From Botryllus schlosseri (taxonomy: Eukaryota): DNA of 64,000 nt. Shown here piece after piece: positions 23,621 through 36,300 of the stretch. The DNA is taken from the NCBI GenBank assembly GCA_051294905.1, contig CM119371.1:7318001-7382000 (forward strand), written 5' to 3'. The notes below the pieces were generated by a model that did not search any database, had not been told where the DNA came from, and saw only the letters and a list, made by a program, of their open reading frames with translations. The translations under genes were made by a program, and so were the position numbers. How positions within the stretch are numbered: the first letter of the stretch is position 1; each line of letters begins with the position of its first letter.

Positions 23621-25075
23621 GTCTATACTATGTCTGGGATGCGCAAAATAGTCTAGTAGTCCATCACACATTTAGTGAGTCAGCTCTTCTTGCGTAAACG
23701 CGCGAAGCAAGAGAAATTTATATATGTCATGATTGAGTCGGTCAATATATGATCGCGAATTGCATATAGATTGCTATCAATTTTTTTCCTCTCTTTACTC
23801 ACGTAATCTGATTTAGGCTACCGACCGGTAGAGCTGAGTGAGTGTGTTTGAAAAGGTATAAGGACCCCTCGTATAATAATTAATTAAACATCTCCTGCTT
23901 TATACCCGTTGGCAGGAACGAAAAAGCACTTCGTCAGGCTCCCCAAAAAAACTTGAGTCTTGGGCTCCTAGGGTCATAAACAGAGGTGATCATGATCAGT
24001 AACGAAGTACTTCTACTTTTTCGAAGTACTCAAGTAGTTTTCCTCTACTTCTGGCACTTACTCAAGTAGATCTGATTTTCGCTACTTCTACTTCGTAATA
24101 TTTTGTGATTTACTTACTTATTTTTCGCTATTTTCAGTTTGTCAAGTAGAAGTAGTTCAATCCTCCAAGCAGGAAGATAGCCTGAGCAATTTCGGGCTGT
24201 TTCACGGAGTATCAACATTTAATTTTCATAAAAGTTGAGTAAAGCCCAGAATGTTCGTCGCGCTTCGCGCGCAGTGTGTCAGGATTGTCCAGTATAATTT
24301 CACGATATTGTCGGTGAATATAATTTAGGTAGCGGCTTGGCGTGGTTCCGTTCACACCACATTGTCGCCCTTCGCCCATTTGAAATAGTTCGTCACAGTA
24401 TATATGGCTCATCATAACGTTTTGGGGTGTTTGGGATGCGATGCGGCAGTTGTATACGGCCCTACTTATAGCCAGCCAACAAGAGGATTTGTGCGATGAT
24501 GAAGTATAGACCAAGATTCACTCACTCAACAATGATCACTCATATAACACCTGGCCATCATGTTCGAACAGATATTACAAGTATCTAGTATCTAGTATCT
24601 AGACTGCTTTCAAACCTGCAATTAAATTTGATAATCCCAACTACTCCTGTGTGTCTGTGTACCCACATCCGCCTCTAGACCCAGATATTTATGATACTGT
24701 TTTTTCTCATAAAAGAAGTAAGTTTCATGAACAAAAATAACGTAACCCCGGAACGAAATTGCAATCAATATCTATTTAACTAAAAATTGCCATTTTCTTT
24801 CTTTTTCGCAGGCTGCGGCCTGGTTTCGATCCAGCATTTTTATTTGGAACCGTGATGCGTAGCTTTCCGTCGGCAGAAACTTGCAAGTTAGTATCAACAG
24901 GCAAAATTGCTTCCCCAAGAAACCTTGCAAATACTATTTCTTTTTCCTTGTCCGATTTTTGTCCCATTCATATAAATGGAGGATCCCTGGTCCAAAGGAT
25001 CCGTGGAGGTGATATCTGCGCACCATAAGAGGCCGGGTTTGGTCAGAGAGACAGACGGAGTCTTTATTTCTTCAT

Positions 25076-25110
25076 CAGGGATATCTTGAAACTCCTTCTA
25101 GATATCCCTG
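25076..25110. mobile_element. 35 bp micro-MITE
   Basis: CAGGGATATCT...AGATATCCCTG hairpin with 8 bp TSD TTCTTCAT. Confidence 0.7.
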
Positions 25111-25473
25111 TTCTTCATCCAACTGAAATACAAACAAACAGACGGCAATAATGGTGGTACGGTATTCGGTACCAGATAGGGATATCCACAGGGTGATACA
25201 GCTGATACAGCTTCATATCCACAGGGTGATACAGCTGATACAGCTTTATATCCACAGGGCCGGATTGTTGCGTCACAATGCCAAAACTAAATCAAAATGC
25301 AAATTACTTGGCTTATTTTGAGGGGTTCCATGACCATGAACAGAATAACATTTATCTTTTCGTAATCAGTACAGCAGCAGCTTTCCATTGATGCCATCGA
25401 ATTTAGCGCTCGGCAAGCCGGTCATAAATGGCCGTAAAGTTGCCTTTGGTCAAATGGAAAGTATGACGTAACC

Positions 25474-26778
25474 CAGTGGTTCCCAACCTTTTTCATCTCG
25501 TGCCTCCCTTGGCCGAAATTTAAGCCAAAATTCCCCCCCCATGGGAAAAATCTGCCCGATGATTAAAAAAGGTCATTTTTACCGCGCAAACACCTGTTGA
25601 TTGAGAGAATAAGACGGGTGGTACCGAGTGTTTGTTTCTAGCAGTGCTGTAACAACACTTTGTAGACCTCCAAAAACAATGGTATTCGTCTCAATCAAAC
25701 AAATTCTGGAAGGCTTGACTCAACAGACCCCCACATTTCCATTTGTGTTTTGGGCTTACCATGCACCAATCGCTAATATAACTTCTGTGAAAAATCAGTA
25801 TTCATAAATTTACTGGTCTCGCGATATTTTGCTCAAGCTTGCGTATGCATTTGGCCAATACTCTTGGTACTTTCATATATAGCTGGGTTGACTAGACTCG
25901 AGTCACCATTTTCTGATGACTCGACATGATTAGAGTCATTTTCTCAAAATAAGGAAACGACTCGACTCGACTCGAGACAATCTGGGTATTGACTCGACTT
26001 GGACTCGAGTCATTGTGCATGACTGGAACCAAGCCATACGATTCGAGACTATAAGACGGCCAAGACCGACATTTCATTGTAGTTTCGAAGAACAGTAAAG
26101 TGACCATCCTATTGGAATTTTGTCTATTGATCCTGGTACTGGACAATGCGACAAGAAACTGCTCAAAGTGAGGAAAATTAGTATATCATAAATTCAAATC
26201 ATTCAATATCACCAAACAGTGTTGACTTGAGTGTGACTTAGACTCGGACTCGAGTCATAATACCATGACTCGGACTCGACCCTCTGCTCGGTGACTTGGA
26301 CTCGGACTTGACTCAATGATAAATTGAAAATGACTCGAAGTGTATAAACATGTCTTTTTTTGATCGGGTAGCTGTTCACTAAAAATAAAGCAAATCTAGC
26401 GATCTCTTTGACTTGAATCGATGACGTTGGAATATTTTGTCACTGTCTGAAAATGTTGACTTGAAAATATAAGATAAATACTTTCACTAGAGGCCTTGTT
26501 GTGATAGATTCGGCACGACATTTGCTCGCCTAGGATATATTTGATTGAGAGGCCGTCGCTGGCCTATAAATTGTCTTGCGAACTGCAGCACATCTGAACT
26601 AGTTTTAAAAAGGGGGGGATTTGTATGTGAATAAGCGATTTCAAATAGTAGGTTGACTATACGACAGTTCGGACATGAAAAATTTGGGAAATCCGTTACA
26701 ATTATAGAGTGTAATTCCTCCCTAAAAATTGCAAAATTCCCCCCAAGGGGGGAATTCCTCCCCGGTTGGGAACCACTG
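25474..26778. mobile_element. hAT (Charlie-like) non-autonomous element, containing a GACTCGAGTC-rich repeat at ~25884-26340
   Basis: TIR CAGTGGTTCCCAACC; 8 bp TSD ACGTAACC at 25466-25473 and 26779-26786. Confidence 0.88.
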
Positions 26779-29169
26779 ACGTAACCCAAATGCAGAGAGC
26801 AGTTCACTCTCGCTGTGTCCACACCATATAGGACACTATGGTTTGACTGTTGCGGTCGCTGAAATCCCTTCACGAATCTATGCAAGCTGTCTTCCCGTCA
26901 ACTGACAGCGCCGCAAAGTCCTATAAGTTCCCCGATGTAAATATACGCGATCTTGAAGTACGGTAGGAACAGTATATTGCTTGAAGTTCCAATAGATCGA
27001 ATTTCCTTATATCCATATTATAATACGACACAGCACTAGCACGAATAAGCCCAATTATGTAAGATTCATTTCGTAGAAAATGATGAGAATTTACTCTTAC
27101 GCAGTTTGTAAGCAACAGATAGGACGGAGGCAGAGAGGCATTGAATTTCACGCCTAACCTGAACACAGTCACGTCTTAAATTTACTGTTGATATATTTAT
27201 AGAAGCCTGCTCTTCCAAAGAAAGCCTCAGGTCCAGCAAACAACAACTCAATATTATTCAAAACACTGAGGCAAAGTGAAGATGTTAAACTAGCCGTTGT
27301 AACTAGAAAGCGAAAGACTCAAAACTTCTGTACATGGTAAATATTAGAATGTGCAACCGGAGCCAACGATAATACGTGTAATGTACCAGCTAAGGCCGTA
27401 AATATCGTAGGCCCCAGTGCAACCTAAATGACATATATTTCTAAGTCAAGAAAGAGAGTGCATTTTGGCTTTGGCAATAGTCAAGGTTAACATATCTGCA
27501 AAAAGCAGTGGCTGTTGTCCTTTTCATAGCCGTGGCACAATCTCCATTTTGCAAATATGCCATGACCCGTTACTTGTCCTCAGTCTCCTTTTAAGCGGCG
27601 GCAATACGACAGGTTTAGACCTAGCAGTTCATATCAAATAATAGTTCTCATGAGCACGAGAATGGCAAACGTATGTATCGCAGGCTTAGCTCATTTTGAA
27701 CTATACAGATCTTCTGTAACGAAATCTGTCCAGTTGTCCAAGCCTGTCTGGACCGTATCTGCCTTTTTGGGTCAATTGTTTGATTTGGGGGTCCGACTTG
27801 AATTGTTACTTAAGGCCTGCAGTGCGCATCACCTGCTCACTAGGTGTCGACAAAGTGATGAGTTCTCCCTCCACAAATTTGAAATTTTGTCGGTGTCTGA
27901 TTCCGTCGTCGTGACAACCTGTGACCAAGGGAGGGGGTCTTGCGTTTGAATTTTACAAATTCTCCGTTGGATTGAGCCGCCGCGTCCTTACTCGCTTTGG
28001 AACGTCGCGCAGGACTGGGCCGGTTCACGTTCTCCTCAATCTGCAGAAATCGAAGGGGGTTTTAAGGTATATTTCTGATAGCGATTCAGGGATCAACTCT
28101 GTTGAAATCCCGGGATTTAAAAAACCATCTACAAGACCTGACACTACTTCCACTTACAGTTTTTAACGGCAAGACTAGGCCTATAATACCTAACTTTCTA
28201 CTTATTCGGAAATTTCTACTTGTACTTGAGTAGAAATTCACGACGCTACTTATCCTTCCATTTGAGTACCAACAATGAATACTTTGTTCTCCTCCTGAAA
28301 CAGCGATGCCGAATGACCTCCAACCCCAGCCTTCACCCACATTTGTCATCCACCTTCTTACATCGGGATCGACCGACTTTTCCTGCAGGCATCCGAACCA
28401 ATGGTGGGTCTTGGGGAAACTTTCTGGCAGATCACTCCCAGCTAGCGGGCCGACCTTTTATCAATTGGGCGCCGTGCTGGAAATCCTTCCCGAGCAAGGG
28501 TGACTCTGGAATCAAAGAGTGTCAGTTTTTTGGGCAACGCAAAGCAAATTGCGACACTGACTCGATCACAATCATAATTGTAAATACACAGCGCCTTCTA
28601 AATAACATTACAAGTAGAAGTTTAAAAAAATTAGCCTGTTTCATGGCTCAGTTCACGTGATACAGTTCGTCTCGATCCATTTCAGGAAAGCCAGAACATA
28701 GATGCGTTATAAAACTAGAGCATGGAAATATTTCACAAATCATAAGAATTACACAACTAAAAATATCTAGTTGTCCAAGTCTGCACAATGGTGGTCACTA
28801 CCAAAGTACTTCTACTTTTTCCAAGTAATCGAGTAGTTCCCCACTACTGGTAGCACCAACCAGAGTCAGTAAAATTTCTGCTACTTTTACTTGTAATCTG
28901 TCATATTTCGTAACTTGACTACTTTTCACTATTATTTCCAGTTTGTCAAGCCGGCATGTTATGTTCTTCTGATAAGACAGATAGAGCGACCAAGACAGAG
29001 AAATTCAGGGGCTGCTGTTGCAGGGAGCCCAGACTTTTTGTTGTGCTCTGCGCGAGTATGTAGGTGACCAGTATCTTGGGGTGGCCAACAGTTTCGGCCA
29101 GAGGGCCACATGCGATCTATGAGCCTTTGCTGGGCCACTTGAATGTTGTTTTCCGATTCCAGCTACCTC

Positions 29170-29300
29170 TGCTTCATGGCCCGTGGGAATGTGATTGATG
29201 ATGGCGGCGGCTGGTTGCTCGTCTTGATGCCACACTAGATGGCCGATTAGGCGGAAGCGTCGTTCAGCTGCCAATGGAGACTGATCTAGCATAACGCAGG
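29170..29300 (-). mobile_element. Non-LTR retrotransposon (RTE-like) ORF C-terminal fragment
   Basis: ERRFRLIGHLVWH...PAAAIINHIPTG resembles the RRLRxxGHxxR..P....W.P motif at the end of RTE-group ORFs. Confidence 0.55.
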
Positions 29301-32300
29301 CTGTCGCATGAAGACGTCCACGACCGCCTACGTTGGAGACGCTTAACACGAGCCCAAAACTGATTATCTCGATGTTCTTTTGTTTCCTGTTTTCTTTTGC
29401 CCATTTTATTTTATCTAATTGAACAGTTGACATATATATATATATATACATGAATGTTGATGACCGTTTTAGTCGTCTGATAGGAGTGAACCGGACTAGG
29501 TAACGGGGAAGACAAGACTTATCTTACTATGCATCAATATCGATAACTATTATTTCATGAAAGGTCCTAGCCGCGCGAGGGGAGAAAAATTTATTGAATG
29601 AATTCGGTCAATTATACTGTACCTTGCATACATTGCGGGAAATCGAGTGAAAATCAATCGCGCGCAGTGGTGGGAAAAATTTACAGTCAAATAAATCTGC
29701 CTTGATATATTCTACTTAATGGTCATATACGAAGATCTACGAAAATTGTGACTGGCGCGTGGCTTATATGCCTACGCGTCGTAACTGATATCTTAGTCAT
29801 CAACATCCCAAATTTTGTGCTCATGCTTAAAATTTTTCGTTTCCTTTGCAAGTTCATAATAAATTACCTGGGTAATTTATTTTTTTTGACATTCATTACC
29901 AATTTCGAGAATTACCGGGCCATGGGTTGGCTGCCCCCAGGGTTGATGACTCAACTTGACTCGAGTCATTTTCTCGAACTACGGAAATGACTCGACTTGA
30001 GTCAATCTGTGTGTGACTTGACTCGAGTCAATTGCGTATGACTCGAACCAAGTCATATGAATCGAGACTCACACTGCTGGGATTACGTATATTGGTGCTG
30101 GTACTTGAAGTTGCAACCAGAACTACTAAAAGTGAGGAAAATTAGTATATTATAAATGCTGACCATTCGGTACCACCAAACAGAGTTATGAAAAGTGTGT
30201 TTAGCAAGAATTTAACCGGAAACTGAGCAGTCAACACAATGACTTGGACTCGGACTCGAGTCATAATACTGTGACTGGGACTCGATCCTCTGCTCGATGA
30301 CTTGGACTTGACTCGGTGGCTGCGGCTTCTGCATCTTATTTTAGGCCCAAAACCAGCTTCTACTGTAAGCGGTTATCAATATGTAGCGAAATTAGTCAAT
30401 TTTGGCTCGTTCGGTTTGTACAACCACTAGACTAGACAGTGAACGAGCCCAAAATTATTATATAAATTATTTTTTGATCTTTGGCACCACAGAGCAAGTG
30501 TCCGTTTTGAAATTCAGAGTTTTCCATTTTCACTCCATCCTAATATAGGAGTTTCGTGACAGTAAACAGGCTTAAAATTCAGCAAAACGTTTTGAATCAT
30601 ACAACCTGCCGTACAGTATTTCAGTTTCCTTCCTAATAGCGCAAAACATCAAGGTAGTGTCCGGGCAGAACTTATCCACATCGGTCATTGTCTTGCTAAC
30701 TACAGGCAGTGTAATACGACTTAGGGCCCCATACCATCACATTTTCTGAAAGGCGGCACTGGGGTGAAAAAGAGGTCAAGAGCCACTGTTCTTATGCAAT
30801 GGTGTCATTTGTAGGCCATCACATGATACATTCGAATCCTGATGCTGTTAAAATACATATCTCCTCCTCCTGAGATGTAGCAAAACAAACCCAGCTCTCT
30901 GCACAGTCCGCATACCGTTATGTCAGTTTTTAGGTTCCAAGAGTGTATTTATGACTGATTTTCAAATGTACATACATAATCCTGTAGTTTTCAAAGACAG
31001 CAAATTCTACTTCCACCTTAAATTAGCTACTTTTGGAACAGCAATACTATTACTCATACTTGAATGAAATATGTCTCACTACTTCTATTTGAGTAGCCTT
31101 CTTGACTACTTTGGCAACTTCTGATCCTGCATGCGGAATACGCTTGTTCCGAAATAACTCTCAAATTCCGGGGATTCACTTGTTAAATTGTAAGGTTGCC
31201 TAAAAAAAAGCTGCACACCAAATTCGGCTCAATTCCAACCAGCCAAAGTCGCGGCAGAGCAAATTCAAGCTTTTCTTGAAATTTTTTAAAAATTTTACTG
31301 TCACCCCAAGGAAATTGTTGAGTTGCCTAAATGAACGATGCTTAACAATTTTTGCTCACTTCCAACCCGTAGAAGTGAATTTATTGCAGTTGAGAGTTTT
31401 GGATTTACAAAAATAGCATTGCTGGTGGGTAAACCCAGAATTATTAATGAAAAACTTAAATAACTTCGCTTCTACAGGTTGGAATTGCATCAAATTTCTT
31501 TTGCATCGGTTTTGTAGACAGCTCAACAACTTCATGGAGCTGACAGTGAAATTTGAAAAAAAATTGCTTTTTCTAATACATAACGTGATTAATTTGAATT
31601 GGCTCTGCGTCGGCCTCTACTGCTAGGAATTGAGCCAAATTTTGGGTGCAGCGTTTTTATTTACGCAACCTAAAATTTTAATCAGTGAATCCCCGGGATA
31701 TGGAAAAAGGTTATTTTTGGACGACCCTGAAGCATGCAGTCGCAGATAGGTATTTTTTGTGACTATTTCGCGACAACTTAAAAGACTTCACCCAGGCTCC
31801 GAATTTACTGGCAATCAGTGAGCCAGATTTATTGCACGATTTCTTTGTCATCTCGGAATGAGTAAATGCTGAATGTGCGAGTCTGTAGGGTGTCAGTATA
31901 TGGTGCGCTGATGTTAAGGAAGATAACATGCTGATATGAAAATCCATGGGATTCCGATTGATTCATTTAAAACTGACATTGTCTACATAGCGGACAGAAT
32001 GTTTGCTATGTATTTCTACATTGTCACCTATTCTGGATATGTTATAAAATTCCACAGAAACTCACCTGTAGTCATCACGATTCCTGGAAATCTTGATATC
32101 GAGATCTTGTCTTTTAGCTGGTGACAAAGCCTGAAAGAAAATACTCATAATTACACAGCCGAAAAAATAGACTTGAACAGTAGAATTAAACAGTGGTTCC
32201 ACGAGCCACCAGGAACTGCATAGAGCACAAAAATGTTTTCATTTGGTGCAGAAAATATGTAAGCGTCCACAGGAAAATGGTTCACTTTGGTTTATCCATT

Positions 32301-32717
32301 CCATCTTTACGACATTACAGAAACGTCGCAGTGCATGTTTTTACAATTTAGGTAGATTTGGTTGTTCATTAAACTCTGGCCTGTGCCCAATGTCACATCA
32401 AAGGTGTTTCAATCAAGTACCGGTATCTCATAAAAGAGTTTAGCCACAATCGCCACTAATGAACAGAGAGGCATTCATGGATGCTTGCTTCCCAACGGGA
32501 TTTCAAGAACATGCAGCACAGTTATTAGCCATACCTCGATTGTTCTACTAGCAGTCATGCATGGTTCAATCACTTCCTGTAAAACGTGTTAGCAGCTTCA
32601 GCGTGGGAGCAGTGTGCAGCTTAAAAGCCTGTATGTTGCGCGAAGCTTGCAGTTTTTCTGAAGTGCGCCCTCTCTTGACCACGCGTTTCGTGTTTTTGTC
32701 ATAAGACCAACTCTTAA

Positions 32718-33396
32718 GGGCGAAGATAATAAAGTTAGCTGATCCGTGGGAATGCTAATCATGTGATTAAAATCCGCTAATCGGGACGCATTTCAGGCGG
32801 GGATAATAAAGTCAGCTGATCCGTAAGAATGCTAAACGTGTGATTAAATACTGCTAATCGAGACGCAAGGTTGGAAAAGGTTGCGCGCTATGGTTAGTCG
32901 ATTTGTCCCGAGTTTTCAATCAAGTGGCGTTATCAGTTGCATCATAATGCGAAAACGCGTTATGAGCTGTCAGTTGTTTATTTTTTAAATGAAACAGTAT
33001 AGCCTGCTGATAACGATACTGTCACAGGTAGAATTATCATCTTCGAGAAATGAAAGTCGTATGCAATTCGTAAGGTACAGCAAAGGAACGGATTATAGAA
33101 TATTGATATCGCTCTGCAATGACGGGTACATAATTTGTTGATAGTTTAGTTAAGCCACTACCAAGAACTCTAGGAGACATTGGACACATTTGTGTGTGGT
33201 AATGATACGCAGCGTACGCAGTTTTTATAGAAAACTAGTTATCTATAGTTTGTTCCGGTTTGTCGGTTTGTTCAATCAAGTGATTACCACTGACTTTATG
33301 CGCTGCGATCAACCGTTTTCCTTAATCCTGGGTTGATAAATCCTGACTAACGCGATAATCGACTTTATTGCTAATTCAACTTAATTATCTCCGCCC
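32718..33396. mobile_element. Harbinger-like MITE
   Basis: TIR GGGCG(A/G)AGATAAT; TAA on both sides; ~78 bp tandem duplication at the left end. Confidence 0.65.
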
Positions 33397-36300
33397 TAAT
33401 TAATACCCTTAGTCTTGGCAAGATGTTCGGCAAAAACTAAAAGGACGAGTTTACCCCTGAATCCAGTATACAAATATTTAGTGTTCTAGTCTAAACCTAA
33501 ACCATTTTGGCTTTTTTAGGCATGCACGTTAACAATTTATGGGTGATAAATATGATGAGTCACATAGTAATCGCAAGCACTGATTGAGTTGTTTTACAAA
33601 TTGGGGATTTGGAAACGTATCACGTATCAATTTGAAACACATGCCATATAATGCGTAATGTGACATTGTCAGGGTGACAATGGCAATGAAGAAGGTTTGA
33701 ACTAAACTATATGGAAAGAGTAACTTCTTGCGACTTCAACTGCTACTCATACTTTGCCACGTTGCCTTTATTTTGAATATGGATAACGCATGCGAGGTGT
33801 GTAGGCAATGTAATCGTGGCATATTATTGAACAGGCTCCAAAGTAGACCAATTTCCTGTTCATTTGATACATCCTACGATTTTAGTCCTGCAAAAAGCAA
33901 GTTTTATATTTTGAATTCCAAGCAACCTGTCGCGGTCCGCATTTGGCCCGCACTTTGCCCAGCTCTGTTCTATAGCATTGATGGCAAATAATCGAATCCG
34001 AAATTATTGATTTTGTAAATGAATAAATTCAGAATTACTCACTTTTATCTCCTGGATGGACTTGTCATACATTGATGCATGTCAGATTCCAACTGATCGA
34101 GGCTGAGATTGCAATGCAAACTTTTTTTATGACCAAAGCCATTTCCCATCCGACAACCAGACTATTAAACGATATGTTATCCGATATGATGATATTCTGA
34201 TTGCAATCCACTATAACAAAATGAAGAGTGGTTATGAAAAGTAAAATCAATGAATCTATATACACCAGTGGTTCTCAAACGCCGGTCCGCCAGGTATATA
34301 ATAACTTTATAAAGTATTTTTTAAATTTCATTCAATGCGGTTTGGCGTCACTAATTGTCTTGATTATTGGGTGCCCTTCCTTCCAGAAATACCCATGACA
34401 TATTGCAATAGGCATTCTGGTTTCAATCATTACCGCGCCACGACGCACCATCCCATAATGAAGTTTAGGCTAACATAGGACTCTGAAAAGAGTGCCGAAA
34501 ATTCGGCAGCGAGAAAACCTTGGCTGAAAAGGATTAGCCTTTGTTGACCGAAAACATCGATATATATATATATTGTCCATATGTGCTTAAACGGCTGTCA
34601 CCGAATCTCACTGTCCTGGCCATCTGTGCCTCACAGGACAAATGCCATCCCACAGAGAATAAAATTGTTTGCCAGCGAGCAAATACCACTTTGGAATCGT
34701 GTGCATCTTCTCACCCAGATCTACTGGAAAATCTGATAATTCTGAGATAATGAAAAATTGATATCAATATGTATGCAATTACCAATAGTATTGACCAACT
34801 CGATAATGAATTATAAAATATTTTCGCGCGAAAGCTACATAAACACTCTGCCTACACTGAGTAGAATGAATGCGCTCACAAGTACTGGGGAAAACATCCA
34901 TCAAACTGTGGGGAGGCCGTTTTTGGGGTGTGGGCTGACAAAGTGCTTTTTATGCGCTGATTTTATGGATGATCACTGATGACAATCGATGATAATCCTA
35001 GTATTATCCTTGATCAGTGGATAATCCGCGATTTATCAACGAAAAACTCACATAACTCCGCTTCTACTGGTCGGAATTGACTCAAATTTGTTTTGCAACG
35101 TCTTTGAAGACAGCTCAACAATTTCATGGGGTTGGCAGAAAAATTTGGAAATTTTGTTTTTTCAATTTTCCATAATAAATTAAAAATTTTAATTGGATCT
35201 GCGGAGTCCTATGCTTGTTAGAATCGAACCAAATTTGGTGTGCAGCGTTTTTTAGGGTAACCTGACAATTTAATCAGTGAATGGCTGGAATCCGGGAAAA
35301 AAAGTTATTTTTGAACAGCCCTATGATCAGGTACGGTATAGGTGTTATCATGCAGGTGTTTTCGTGCCGCATTTTTCATTCGTAGTAGGGTATCCTACGT
35401 TTTGTCGCAGACGGCAATCGCCAAGGTGGCACGACAAGGTACTTAGTTCTATTCCAAAACGCTTCATCTCTCAATATTGTCGAAGAGAAGAATATTATTC
35501 GTGTTGGCGTAGTCAACACGAATAATGAGCCGAGAGATTGTAATCGGGTGTAAGCTACTTCAGAAGCTTATCACATACTCCAAAAGATGCGACTGCTGAA
35601 TATGGGATATCGTAAATTACGACAAATATATCCATCAGAGGACATAGGAAAGTGTATCTTTATAAGAACAGTAATATATTTGAAATCGGCAATGAATCAC
35701 AGTAACATGCTTAATACTTGCTGCCGATTGCTGACACCGCCAGCGGGATACCCCTTACCACAATTCCAATTGGTGAAGGCATGAGGGGAAATTGAGATAA
35801 GGGATGAATAAGGGGGCATTAGCCTTCATAAACTACCCATTTTTGTTGGGGGGGGGGTTGATTAGGTAAAAATCATGCAATAGGCCAGACATATACTATT
35901 TCGTTTCAGTTTTACCCACTGCTCTCATAAACGCTTACCAAATAACCTCATTTACGAGGCATCATAAACAATAGAGGGTAAAGGCGTACAAAAAACTACA
36001 TCGTCCAAAGTTACTCCACATGCCGGGATAACTTTGGACACGGATAATTCACAAAAATGAGGTACTTATTTATGACCATGAAGATTCTGGATTAGTTAAT
36101 TCTAATCTTTGCTCCATGACTCCTGAAAAACACAAAACTTGCCTCCCCTACACCCTGGCATTTCCAAGATGCAAAGTGGAATTGTTGAAAATTGTCCGTA
36201 GTTACCCCAGTTTACGGTACTTATTCTTATACTCAGTAACTTTTTCGAGACAGCTAAGAGACTTTACTGCGGTCTCAGTGTGTAATTTTTATTGCATGAT

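Larger units (their letters stand above)
23458..25261. mobile_element. Non-autonomous element with 9 bp TSD (Mutator- or Merlin-like) and tandem-repeat TIRs
   Basis: GGCCCTGTGGATA...TATCCACAGGGCC termini; TSD GGATTGTTG at 23449-23457 and 25262-25270. Confidence 0.8.
23146..26840. mobile_element. P-superfamily-like fold-back MITE (~0.6 kb originally) containing two nested insertions
   Basis: CATAGTGTCCTATATGG termini; 7 bp TSD GTTTGAC at 23139-23145 and 26841-26847; ~260 bp imperfect inverted arms (23146-23411 vs 25265-25473+26787-26840). Confidence 0.75.

Noticed and set aside
23362..23697. Repeat-protein ORFs or CRISPR-like array at the 33 bp repeat
   Set aside because: No unique spacers; open frames arise from a repeat length divisible by 3; the repeats are transposon subterminal sequence
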